Source: a virus
Strand: one strand, 5' to 3'
DNA length: 64,000 bases
Virus record (IMG/VR): IMGVR_UViG_3300012931_000002
Span: 3,729 to 67,728 of that record
Position 1 is the first letter of the stretch. Every line of letters starts with the position of its first letter. The position numbers and the translations under genes are program-made. Below, piece by piece: positions 54,177 through 62,970 of this stretch. The notes below the pieces were generated by a model. The model worked only from the letters and a program-made list of their open reading frames with translations. It searched no databases and had not been told where the DNA came from.

Positions 54177-54370
54177 TGGTGCCGGTCTCTCCCGGCTTGT
54201 CTCGACTACGGCTGACCGCAGAACTTCCTCTCAGTTATTCCGCCTTCCAGTCTGTTACCCTACCGACCTAGCTGGCCGTCGTTCACCGTGGCATATCGCG
54301 GGCAGTACGCGTCCCCGGTATTAGCCGACGTATCTCCGGGGCTTTGGCTCCATCACGCTCCGTAGCGCTG
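54177..54370 (-). ncRNA. Candidate structured non-coding RNA ending in a hairpin plus ACCA
   Basis: Large intergenic gap; CTACGG/CCGTAG closing helix, CCCCGG/CCGGGG inner helix, terminal GCCGG-GAGAGA-CCGGC-ACCA. Confidence 0.45.
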
Positions 54371-54392
54371 TAGGATCGGCGTCAAGTATTCC

Positions 54393-55055
54393 TCACATCT
54401 CCACCTCTTCGCCCTTCTTCGCCTTCTTCTTGTCCTTCGCGCCCGCGACCGCCTTCTCGGCCGGGTCGATAAGAACCGCGCGGACGTATTCGTAGACGCC
54501 GAAGAGGTCGCGGGGAAGCTTCTTCTCGGGCGGAACCGTTCCGGCGTTCTCCGCCTCGATCCGCTCGCGGACGAACTTCTTGAGTGTTCCGGCGTGGACG
54601 GCGTCCGTCCGGTCGAACTTGAGCGGGCGCTTTCGGGCCGCGAGGTCGCGGAGGAACTTCGCGGCCCACTTCTCCTCGCCCATCCCGAACTCGATCGTGA
54701 TCACGCGCTTGATCAGGCTGCCATAGTTGTTCTTTTCGAGGAACTCGTGCGCGGCAGCTTTGTGCTCCTTCGTGATGCTGCCGGTCACGCCCTTCTCGAC
54801 GCTGACCTCGAAGCCGCCGGTCAGCTCGAAGCGCGTCATCCCGATCTTCGCCATGGCGTCGGGGATGACCTTCGTTTCGAGGACTTCGATCTCGTCGGCG
54901 AGCGCTTTCGCTTCGGCGAGCAGCTTGTCGACTTCGCGGCGCTTCTTCCAAAGCGCGGCGGCGTGATCGCGGACGTTCTTGAGGTCCGCGTCCTTCGGCG
55001 GGGCCGCGGCTTCGATTTCGCCTTCGGGGAGGGCCGGGAGGTCTTCGATGGTCAT
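54393..55055 (-). CDS. Replication-module hypothetical protein
   Basis: IPDAM..IG..RFEL and VH.GTLKKFVRE motifs; next to the putative SSB gene. Confidence 0.65.
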   Translation of the reverse strand: MTIEDLPALPEGEIEAAAPPKDADLKNVRDHAAALWKKRREVDKLLAEAKALADEIEVLETKVIPDAMAKIGMTRFELTGGFEVSVEKGVTGSITKEHKAAAHEFLEKNNYGSLIKRVITIEFGMGEEKWAAKFLRDLAARKRPLKFDRTDAVHAGTLKKFVRERIEAENAGTVPPEKKLPRDLFGVYEYVRAVLIDPAEKAVAGAKDKKKAKKGEEVEM

Positions 55056-55084
55056 CGTTCGGTCTTTCGGTTAGTTCTTTCAGG

Positions 55085-55444
55085 TTACGCCGATTCGCCC
55101 GGCGCGTCGCGCACTATCAAGGACGCGTAGGATTCTTTCCGACGGTCCCATTTCAGAAATCTAAGCTTCTCACCGTCCTCGGCGTATTCGCCCAAGGCGA
55201 ATCCCGCGAAGGCGACGAGCGCGTAGTCGCCAACGAGGACGAGGTAGTCGCCGTCGCGCCATAGTTCCTTCAGGCCCTTCCGGATCGCGGCGCAGCTCTC
55301 GTCGAAGCTTCGCGCCCGGCCCTTCGGCGTCAGCTCCACGACTTCGCCGTATTTGACCAAGGAGTCGAGCGGGAGGTACCGCTCCCACTCGCCGGTATTG
55401 GCGTTCTTGCGGAGGGGCTCGTTCGGGACGAAGACGCGGGGCAT
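55085..55444 (-). CDS. Hypothetical protein
   Basis: GGAGG RBS; DYLVLVGD...LKWDR..Y pattern. Confidence 0.6.
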   Translation of the reverse strand: MPRVFVPNEPLRKNANTGEWERYLPLDSLVKYGEVVELTPKGRARSFDESCAAIRKGLKELWRDGDYLVLVGDYALVAFAGFALGEYAEDGEKLRFLKWDRRKESYASLIVRDAPGESA

Positions 55445-55963
55445 TTAATGATTCCTCCGTAAGGATTCTATAATTTCCTTTACTTCGAGGGCCTCTCTAT
55501 CAGAGGGTTGAATCGTAATAGGCCCAAGCTTTAAAAACATGAGCGCCCAACCGTCTAAATCAGCAGCCTCAACGAAGCCAAATTTTTTAAAAAAACTCCT
55601 CCGTTTCGTCATTAGAAGCGCGAGTGCGGTTTCGTCTTCGCGCAGCTTCTTAAGCCGATGCTCCGTCAACGCACTACCTACGCCGAATCCTTGATACTCC
55701 GGAAGAACATTTACCCATACGAGTTCTTTGACATTCCACAAAATCCACGCCGTCTTAAACCCCGCATAGCCAACGATTTTTCCATCAATCTCCGCGACGA
55801 AGTAGTGCGGGCGCCATCTACTGCTTCCGAACATCTCTGCAATTTCGAGTAGCGCGTTATAGTAAAGCGCGTCGCCCCAATTCGCGCGTACTATGCTTGC
55901 ACATTTTTCCGCGTCATCTTCACGTAAGTCGCGAATAGTGAAGACGGAATCGGCGTGCGACAT
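55445..55963 (-). CDS. GNAT-family acetyltransferase
   Basis: VLPEYQGFGVGSAL acetyl-CoA motif and FFKKFGF; AT-richer. Confidence 0.8.
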   Translation of the reverse strand: MSHADSVFTIRDLREDDAEKCASIVRANWGDALYYNALLEIAEMFGSSRWRPHYFVAEIDGKIVGYAGFKTAWILWNVKELVWVNVLPEYQGFGVGSALTEHRLKKLREDETALALLMTKRRSFFKKFGFVEAADLDGWALMFLKLGPITIQPSDREALEVKEIIESLRRNH

Positions 55964-55964
55964 T

Positions 55965-56426
55965 TCAAAAAATCTCCAAGACTTCGATTCCGGCATCGCG
56001 GGCTCGGCGGATCATGTCTGCGGTTCCGCGCCCTCCGGGAAACGCGACGACGAGGTCGGGGCGGCCTTCGTCGATCATCTTCTGGTTGCGGACGAAGCCC
56101 GCGAGGGCGTCGTACTTCTTTCCGGCGCGGTTGACTTTCACGACGGCGCCGGGGCGGTCGATGTTGTTCCAGTCGGCGGGGAACATGAGCGGAAGTTCGA
56201 CTAGGTCCGAATAAGTCGGATGGTTGTCTTTGGCCCACTCCGCGGCGAGCGAATCTGCGCCCGAAGCGGCGCCGGAAATTATTAAAACCCGGCCCATCTT
56301 TGCGACGAACCCCTTGAGGACTATGCGCAGATAGCTACGCTCTAGCGCCCGCCGCTCGGCTTCTTCCGGCTTCTTCGGATCGACGACGCCGTAGTCGCGC
56401 CCGCCGCAGACGAGGATTCTTTTCAC
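55965..56426 (-). CDS. SLOG-family protein (YspA/DUF2493-like)
   Basis: ILVCGGRDY, ISGAASGAD, RNQKM and AFPGGRGTADM motifs. Confidence 0.85.
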   Translation of the reverse strand: MKRILVCGGRDYGVVDPKKPEEAERRALERSYLRIVLKGFVAKMGRVLIISGAASGADSLAAEWAKDNHPTYSDLVELPLMFPADWNNIDRPGAVVKVNRAGKKYDALAGFVRNQKMIDEGRPDLVVAFPGGRGTADMIRRARDAGIEVLEIF

Positions 56427-58174
56427 GACGCCGCTCCCTTCAATTGCCGCCAGAACTCCCCGGCGTTTTCGAGCTTTCCAAGCTGCGACGCAAGCTGGAT
56501 GTCGTCATAAGTATCGTCTGCAACGACGTCGTAAATCGCCGTCCCCTTCGTACGCCCAACGACCTCGGCCCGGTCTTCGGACTGCGAGCGCTTTCGGCGC
56601 GACCACGTATTCTCGACGTAAGCGTGCCAGCCCGCCGCCGATAGGCAAAGCCCGCGCCCGCCCGAAGCCTCCTTCGAAACGAAGAGCCCGGAACGGCCCC
56701 CCTGGAACGCCGCCTTGTTCTTCGCCTTCTCTTCTTCGGAGACCTTCCCGTCGTAGCGAACGGGGTCGAGGCCGAGCTTCGTTCCTAACGCAAGAATCGC
56801 GTCGATCGTTTCGTCGAAGACGGCCCAAACGATTCCCGGCTCGCGGTTCGCGGTAATTATTTCCGCGAGCGCGTCGAGGCGCGGATTACTAACCGGGTCG
56901 ATGATCTTCTTTTCCGTCGCGATCATGAGCGCGCCGACGTCGGCACAAACTTCACAGCCGTCGCCACCGCAATCGGGGCATATCATCGGCAACTTCATAG
57001 AAGGCCAAAAATTACTGCCCACCTGATTTAGGCGGACCATGCGGGCCAAGGCGTGCGTAGCGCTCACGATCGTGCCGTCTCTAAGCTCGGCCTCGAACTC
57101 CTCGCGCAGGGGGTCATAGACTTTTCGCTGCGCCTTCGAGAGTTCGAAGCGATGCGTTTTGTAGAGCTTGTCGGGAACGTCGAAGCAGTCGGCGCGGCGA
57201 ACGCGGAACGAGTATGGCGCGATCGCCTTCGCCATGACGTCGAGGTTCGCGTAGACCTTCTTACTCGTTCCTTCGTCTACGGATTGCTTTAGGACGTTCC
57301 GCGCTTCGGGGCGCCCGGTCTTCGGGTTCTTCACCCATATTTCCGCAACCTCCCACGATGCGTAAAACTTTTTGAATGCCGTCCACGAATCGAAGCCGAG
57401 TATCTTCCGGTCGAGGAACGAGAACTGCGCGAACGCGTCGAGGATCGACTCCTCGCATGGAGTCCCATCGAGAATCCGCCGCGCTATCGCGCCCGGCAGG
57501 CCCTTGATCGCGTCCATGACCTTCGCGCGGACGTTCCCGGGCTGCGAGCATATCAGCGACGTCTCGTCGCCTACGGTCAAAGCGCGGCGGGTTCGGAGGA
57601 ACGTCCCGATCGCCTTTCGCGCGAGCGCCGTAGGAATAGCTTCCCCGTTAATGAGAAAAGCAGCCCATCCCATATGGCTAACGAAGCGGCGAAACTCTTC
57701 GGCGTAGGCGACGCCGTCGGCTTTCTTCGAGTCCCAGAGGAAGGTTCTCGGGGACATGCTGGGTGGGATTCGAAGTTCGATCTCGTCCCGCCAGTTTCGC
57801 GGAACGCCGCTCGGGAGCGCAACGACGATCATCGCGTCGAGGCCCTTCGAGGCCCACGCTTCCGGACGGTAGATCATGCTGGGCTTCGAGGGCTTCTTCG
57901 GAAGGTCCGAGAGGCGCGCGAATTTCGGGAGGCGCGGGAGGTCGATCGTCGCCGCGCCGGCCGCCCCGAAGCCCCCGGCGGCGAGGAAGCGGCGGTACTG
58001 GAAGGCGGCCGTCCCGAGCGTCACGCCGGTCTTCCCCGTCCGCTGCTCCATGAGCAGCGCGAAGAGGCGCTCGCCGGAGGACTTCTGGTGCCCCTCCTCC
58101 TGCTTCGCCCAAGGCTTCTGACCTTCGGGCCATATAAGGAGTTCGGAGAGCGACGGGATCAGCTCTTTGGTCAC
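56423..58174 (-). CDS. SNF2-like SF2 helicase
   Basis: MEQRTGKT, GDETS, LDGTP, GGRGL.L and QSEDRA motifs. Confidence 0.8.
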   Translation of the reverse strand: MTKELIPSLSELLIWPEGQKPWAKQEEGHQKSSGERLFALLMEQRTGKTGVTLGTAAFQYRRFLAAGGFGAAGAATIDLPRLPKFARLSDLPKKPSKPSMIYRPEAWASKGLDAMIVVALPSGVPRNWRDEIELRIPPSMSPRTFLWDSKKADGVAYAEEFRRFVSHMGWAAFLINGEAIPTALARKAIGTFLRTRRALTVGDETSLICSQPGNVRAKVMDAIKGLPGAIARRILDGTPCEESILDAFAQFSFLDRKILGFDSWTAFKKFYASWEVAEIWVKNPKTGRPEARNVLKQSVDEGTSKKVYANLDVMAKAIAPYSFRVRRADCFDVPDKLYKTHRFELSKAQRKVYDPLREEFEAELRDGTIVSATHALARMVRLNQVGSNFWPSMKLPMICPDCGGDGCEVCADVGALMIATEKKIIDPVSNPRLDALAEIITANREPGIVWAVFDETIDAILALGTKLGLDPVRYDGKVSEEEKAKNKAAFQGGRSGLFVSKEASGGRGLCLSAAGWHAYVENTWSRRKRSQSEDRAEVVGRTKGTAIYDVVADDTYDDIQLASQLGKLENAGEFWRQLKGAAS

Positions 58175-58725
58175 GGCGTATCTCGCGTAAGCTCGTTAAA
58201 CCGGCTCCAGAACATCACCATCGCAGTGTCGGGGTCCCAACACTTAAGCGTAATCCCATCCGCCTTCGGCGGCTCGGGAATGCCCCACTCTTCGACGGGA
58301 ACCGCCGTAAGCGCCCGCGCTTCGAGGAAGAGGAGCTGAAGGTCCGCGAGCTTTACGGCATCCGAAAGCTCGACCAGCGTTCCGAACCGCATCGCGACCG
58401 CGATCCGCGCGGAAACGTCGATTCGCTGATAACCCTCTCCGATCGCGACCTTGAGCGGCGACGAAACGTCCTGAACGTACGCCTCGTGAGCGTCGTGGAG
58501 CAGGGCCGCGAGCGCTTCTTCGGGAGGAACGAGGTAAGAGGCGTTCACGCTGTGCTCGGCGACCGAGTAGAAGCGGCTAACGTGTCCGGTGAAGCGGCAG
58601 AGGTTCGAAAGCGCGTGCGCGACGTCTTTGATGTTGATATCATCAGCGCGCGGATCGTCGAAGTAGTATCGGCCGCCGGAATAGGTCGCGATCCAGGGGC
58701 CTTTGCGGGTCGAGTAGTCGGTCAC
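58171..58725 (-). CDS. HD-domain phosphohydrolase (YfbR-like)
   Basis: CRFTGH..FYSVAEHS, LLHDAHEAY and K.AD motifs. Confidence 0.85.
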   Translation of the reverse strand: MTDYSTRKGPWIATYSGGRYYFDDPRADDINIKDVAHALSNLCRFTGHVSRFYSVAEHSVNASYLVPPEEALAALLHDAHEAYVQDVSSPLKVAIGEGYQRIDVSARIAVAMRFGTLVELSDAVKLADLQLLFLEARALTAVPVEEWGIPEPPKADGITLKCWDPDTAMVMFWSRFNELTRDTP

Positions 58726-58729
58726 GGCT

Positions 58730-59767
58730 TTATCTCCACGGCATCGATTCGAGGGCGTCAGCGAGTGCGTCGCCGGTCAACGGAACGCACGGTACGCAAC
58801 CATCGTCGTGTGTACGAGGACGACGTAGCGCCGCCGCCAAAGCAAGGACGTCCGATTCGGTTAAAGCCCGATTCTTCGGCTCTTTCGGCGCTTTCGGCGC
58901 TTCGTCCGCGGGCGGAGCTTCCCGCGGAGGAGACCACGCGCCCTTCGACGCCATCGCGTCGTTCCAATCTAACTGAGCCACGGACGAAGGCGCGAGGACA
59001 GGGGGGCTTTTCGTTTTCGCCGCCTTCCGCATCGCGAGGTCGTAAGACGCGCGGTCTACCGGCGCGGGGAACAATTCGGGACCGGGCATCAGGTCGAGGA
59101 GACGCGTCCGCGCGCGGCGCTCGAAGGCGGACTCTTCGGATGCCGACGGCCTTTCGGACGGGGAACCATTTAAGACGTCCCAGATCGCGCCAAAGAGTTC
59201 GGCACTCATCGGTAGAGACGGTTCGACCTTCGCGGGTTCTTCGTCGACGCGGACGATCGATCCGGTCGGCAGCGCGATTCGACCAACGAGGGTATCGAGG
59301 AACGAATCGCGGGATACGATGAAGGTCGAAAGGGTTCGCAGAAGCCTCGCCACAGATTCGTGCGAAGACTTCTCTGGCGCGCCGCCGCGCGCGGCGGGGG
59401 TGTTTTCGATGACGTCGGCTTCCAACGCGTCCCGCGCCGCGAGGGCGTCGGCGAGGGTCAAGAGGCGCTTGCCGCCGCGGCCGTAAAGTAACTCGACGTT
59501 CTCGAATTCCGGCGGTTTCGATCCCGCGCCGTGAATCGCTTCCCAGCGCCTACGCCAGCTAGGACGATCCTCGTCGAGGCCGTCTTCGTCCCAGCACTCG
59601 GCGACGGTGCGTAACGGTTCGAGGGCCTTCGCCAAGCGGTCGATCGCGTCGGCGGCGAGGGCGGCTAGGGGGTCGGGAACCGCGTTCGCGCATTCGCATG
59701 GCGACGCGAAGATCGTCCGCGCGCGGAGCGCTTTCGTAAGATCGGCGAGGGCTTTCGGGAGGGGCAT
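58730..59767 (-). CDS. Hypothetical protein
   Basis: GGAG RBS; long ORF in the backbone codon style. Confidence 0.55.
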   Translation of the reverse strand: MPLPKALADLTKALRARTIFASPCECANAVPDPLAALAADAIDRLAKALEPLRTVAECWDEDGLDEDRPSWRRRWEAIHGAGSKPPEFENVELLYGRGGKRLLTLADALAARDALEADVIENTPAARGGAPEKSSHESVARLLRTLSTFIVSRDSFLDTLVGRIALPTGSIVRVDEEPAKVEPSLPMSAELFGAIWDVLNGSPSERPSASEESAFERRARTRLLDLMPGPELFPAPVDRASYDLAMRKAAKTKSPPVLAPSSVAQLDWNDAMASKGAWSPPREAPPADEAPKAPKEPKNRALTESDVLALAAALRRPRTHDDGCVPCVPLTGDALADALESMPWR

Positions 59768-59922
59768 CGAGGTCTCCGGTTATTCGGTTTTGCGGGCTCC
59801 CCGCCGTCCCTACCTTCCCTTCGCGCGGGGGCTGGGGGCTTTAGCCGCGAAAGGTAGGCGAGACGACGGGGAGGCGAAAGCTACGCCCGATTCGGGAGCG
59901 ATGGGAAGGGGCTTTCGAAGAT

Positions 59923-60372
59923 TTATTTTTCGGGCGCTTCGTCGCGGGGAATCGGTTCCTTAGTATTGGGAATTTCGTCTTCGTCAAGCGCGGGATCGCC
60001 GTCGACGATGTCTTCGCCGGAAGGCGTAAGCCAAGAACCACCGATGCTTCCGCCGTATTCCATGACGCCGGTATTATCGAGAAGATGAAGCATCGCGTGC
60101 GCGGCGGTCTCTGGATCGGATGTGATAAGCTTCGCGAGCGCGTCTTCCGCGCTTATCCATTCCTTCGTCGGCGGGTTATCGTGGTAGCCCCGACGATCGA
60201 ACAAGGCGATGGCTTTTCGGAGGAAGTTATAAGCTTCTTTCGGATTTCCGCATCCGCACATACCGAGGACGCCGGAGCTTCGCGATTCCCATAGCGTTTC
60301 GTAGCTACAGCCGTCGGGGCCGAAATAGCGGCCGTTCGTAGGGTCTTTCTCCCATTCTATTTTTATAGTCAT
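59923..60372 (-). CDS. Hypothetical protein
   Basis: CGCGNP and EYGGSIGGSWLT motifs; ATGA overlap. Confidence 0.65.
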   Translation of the reverse strand: MTIKIEWEKDPTNGRYFGPDGCSYETLWESRSSGVLGMCGCGNPKEAYNFLRKAIALFDRRGYHDNPPTKEWISAEDALAKLITSDPETAAHAMLHLLDNTGVMEYGGSIGGSWLTPSGEDIVDGDPALDEDEIPNTKEPIPRDEAPEK

Positions 60373-61451
60373 TGATCGGAGTCCTCTTCGGGTTCGTCGT
60401 GTGGCGTTTCGCGGCGGGGGGTATCTACGTCGCCGGACGGTATCGCGAAGGATTCGATTTCGTTCTCGAAGCGGCGGATGTTACCTACCCGAGGATTCAT
60501 CACCTTCTTCGCAAGCCTCTTCGCGCCCTTCCTATCCGCTTGGGGTTTCTTCCTAACGGTAGTTACGAACAGCTCTTCGTCCGTAGGCGGATTTTCGACT
60601 TCGGGAGGACGCCTCGCGTACTTTTCGTCCGGCGTAAACGCGGTTTGTAGCCCGAGAATTTTCGCGCGCTCCGGGATCGCCGCGCCTTCGCGGAAGAGCC
60701 GAACGCGCCCGCGCGAATCGAGGCGACGCTCGACTAAACCTTGTTTCATAAGCGTTCTTAGAGCCGCAGCTGCGTTATCGCGAGATGCGCGGACGAAGAC
60801 CTCACCGCTTCCGCAGATCGGAAAGGCGGCCTTTACCCAGTCCTCATAGAGGATTCCGGGAGCGACGACAATCTTCTGCAAAGCCGCGTCGTACCGAGTC
60901 TTCGGGTCGGGTTTGTTGTAAATAATTTTCTGCGAATCGATCGGAGAGCCAATCACGTAAAGATACATTGTCCCGTTCGCGCCGTAGCGCTTCTCGATCC
61001 GCGCGTCGCGGTTTAACCGCGATAGCGCGATATGCGCGTTCTGCTTCGCCGCCCGCGCCGCCGTAGCACCGTTCGCGATAGGCGGATAGCAGATAGCAGC
61101 CCATTCGTCGAAAGAGATTCCGGGGTTCGCGGCGATTTCGTCAAAGCAATCTTCGAGCGGCTTACGGCCCGCGGCCCAAGTCTTACGCCCGCGAGTTTCT
61201 TGAAAATCGACCTCGTGGGTTATCATCCCGAAGTACTCGGCCGCGCGACAAAGTTCATTGTACCGCGTGCGCTTCTCGGGCGTCCAAATCAATACGTCGG
61301 CGCGACCCTCGACGAAGATCGTAGACGGATCGGGCTTGTCGTTCGGCGCCTCGATCGCCGGACCAGGGGGCCTGCCCGGCGTACCCTCTCGCCACTTCCG
61401 GCGCTCCCGGCGGACGTCGTCGACGTATTCGCGCTTGTCCGGTTCTTCCAT
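60369..61451 (-). CDS. Hypothetical protein with two winged-helix-like repeats
   Basis: GAGGAG RBS; repeats I.A.PGI...W....(Y/F)P...A...NA..AL..L.....(I/V)E(K/R)R. Confidence 0.6.
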   Translation of the reverse strand: MEEPDKREYVDDVRRERRKWREGTPGRPPGPAIEAPNDKPDPSTIFVEGRADVLIWTPEKRTRYNELCRAAEYFGMITHEVDFQETRGRKTWAAGRKPLEDCFDEIAANPGISFDEWAAICYPPIANGATAARAAKQNAHIALSRLNRDARIEKRYGANGTMYLYVIGSPIDSQKIIYNKPDPKTRYDAALQKIVVAPGILYEDWVKAAFPICGSGEVFVRASRDNAAAALRTLMKQGLVERRLDSRGRVRLFREGAAIPERAKILGLQTAFTPDEKYARRPPEVENPPTDEELFVTTVRKKPQADRKGAKRLAKKVMNPRVGNIRRFENEIESFAIPSGDVDTPRRETPHDEPEEDSDQ

Positions 61452-61496
61452 AGTTTATATCTCCTCTAAGGTTCGCAGCCTACCCTACACGTACGT

Positions 61497-61570
61497 AAAT
61501 CGGTGGCTTAATAAAGATAGTCTATCTTTCTATCGAGAAAAAGAGAATAGAAATAATAAGCCACCGATTT
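61497..61570. repeat. Perfect 14-bp inverted repeat around an AT-rich core
   Basis: AAATCGGTGGCTTA (61497-61510) and TAAGCCACCGATTT (61557-61570); inner palindrome AAAGATAG-T-CTATCTTT. Confidence 0.85.
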
Positions 61571-61651
61571 GCCGTCTTAAGGTAGGGGTTAGCCAGTTTT
61601 CGTTTCGTTCTCGTTCTTCGCGATTTTGGTAGGGTTTCCGCGGGAGGAGGG

Positions 61652-61680
61652 TTTACTTCGAGCCCCCCTGCTCTTACGGT
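61652..61680 (+). promoter_or_regulatory. Sigma70-like promoter for the NusG-like/late operon
   Basis: TTTACT-17-TACGGT, same -35 hexamer as the repeated family. Confidence 0.5.
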
Positions 61681-61710
61681 CCTGGTCCGGAACTTTTCGA
61701 GGGGACGCGA

Positions 61711-62286
61711 TTGGATGATTTCCGTTGGTACGTCGCGAGAGCGCTTCCGGGATTAACCGCTACGGCCCTCTGGCATCTCTCGCGGCTCGCGGAAAGCGCG
61801 GGCGGGGGTATCCGGGAGTCGTTCTCCGCCGAGGCGCGGGGGCGGCCTTCGAAGGGCCGAGAGCGGACGGTTTCGCTCTATCCGGGATACGTCTTCGTCG
61901 AACTCGACGGCTTCGATTACGCCGGGCGCGTTAACCGAACGCGGGGAATTCACAAGCTCCTGCCGATTTTCGCTGATCACCCTTCGCCGCTTCCGCGAGG
62001 GTTCGTCGAAGGGCTTAAGGCCGAAATCGGTCACGGCGATTTCGACGAGAAGACCGAGGAGCAGCGCCTTCATTCGTTCGTTCCGCAAGACGAGGTCGAA
62101 ATGGTTTCCGGACCTTTCCGTGATCATCGGGGGCGGTTTCTCCGGTACCACAAGGGGGCAGGCGAGGTTCTTACGCGTTTACTTGGGCGCGAGGTTACGC
62201 TACAAATACCTCTACACCAGCTTGCGGCGGTCGGGGGTCGTTCCGAACCGGGCGCGCGGAGCGTTCGAGAGAGCGCGGCGGCGTAA
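61711..62286 (+). CDS. NusG/RfaH-like transcription antiterminator
   Basis: WYV, LYPGYVFV and TRGI NGN motifs; KOW-like V.MVSGPF...G. Confidence 0.8.
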   Translation: MDDFRWYVARALPGLTATALWHLSRLAESAGGGIRESFSAEARGRPSKGRERTVSLYPGYVFVELDGFDYAGRVNRTRGIHKLLPIFADHPSPLPRGFVEGLKAEIGHGDFDEKTEEQRLHSFVPQDEVEMVSGPFRDHRGRFLRYHKGAGEVLTRLLGREVTLQIPLHQLAAVGGRSEPGARSVRESAAA

Positions 62287-62397
62287 AGCATCTAGTTGAG
62301 GTAAACGAAGGGGATATGGCGGGATTAAAAGCCCGTTCTTAAGCGCACTCTAGGCTAAAGTTCCTAGACCGTTCCCCATAAAGGGACCGCAATCATC

Positions 62398-62970
62398 ATG
62401 AACCCCGGCCAACGGCTTTGCGGCGCGAAAACGCGGGCCGGTCATCCCTGCAAAGACATCGCGATGAAGAACGGGCGCTGCAAGCGCCACGGCGGCAAGG
62501 CGACGGGGCCGAAGGTCGCGAACACGAAGGCCGCGACGGCCGCGGCGACGAAGCACAACGTCTACAGCCAATTCCTCTCGCCCGAAGACCGCGCGATCTA
62601 CGAAGCGGTCGACATGGGAAGCGTCGACGCGGAACTCAAGCTCGTCCGCATGCGCCTCGCCCGGTGCGTCAAGGCGCGGAGGGCTTGGGAAGAATCGCTC
62701 AAGACCGACGCGAACCCGCTCGGCGGCGACGGCGGCGAGCATCAAGTGCTCGTCGAGCAGGTCGACGACGAGGGCCTCTTCGAAGGTTCTCCGGTCCCGA
62801 CGACGAAGAAGACCTTCCGCCTTCCCGATTTCGACAAGATCGAGCATTCGTTGCTCGCGCGCATCGAGAGCTTAGAGCGTACCCGCAAAGACCTGCTCAA
62901 GGGCGACGGCGAGCAGGAAGACGGGGCGGATGTCATCATTCACGGTGGCTTGCCAGACGATGAAGCGTAA
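62398..62970 (+). CDS. terS: Terminase small subunit with HGGxSTG-like domain
   Basis: CGAKTRAG.PC...NGRC..HGGKATGP; directly upstream of the large subunit. Confidence 0.75.
   Translation: MNPGQRLCGAKTRAGHPCKDIAMKNGRCKRHGGKATGPKVANTKAATAAATKHNVYSQFLSPEDRAIYEAVDMGSVDAELKLVRMRLARCVKARRAWEESLKTDANPLGGDGGEHQVLVEQVDDEGLFEGSPVPTTKKTFRLPDFDKIEHSLLARIESLERTRKDLLKGDGEQEDGADVIIHGGLPDDEA

Noticed and set aside
54177-54260. tRNA gene or amber suppressor suggested by the ACCA end
   Set aside because: No T-loop (TTCRA), D-arm or 7-bp acceptor stem in tRNA geometry; kept only as an ncRNA candidate.
58171-58725. DatZ and a 2-aminoadenine (Z) genome pathway
   Set aside because: No PurZ-like or MazZ-like gene was recognised, and adenine-type methyltransferases are present.
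62325-62342. CtrA box upstream of terS
   Set aside because: The two TTAA half-sites are 10 bp apart, not 7.
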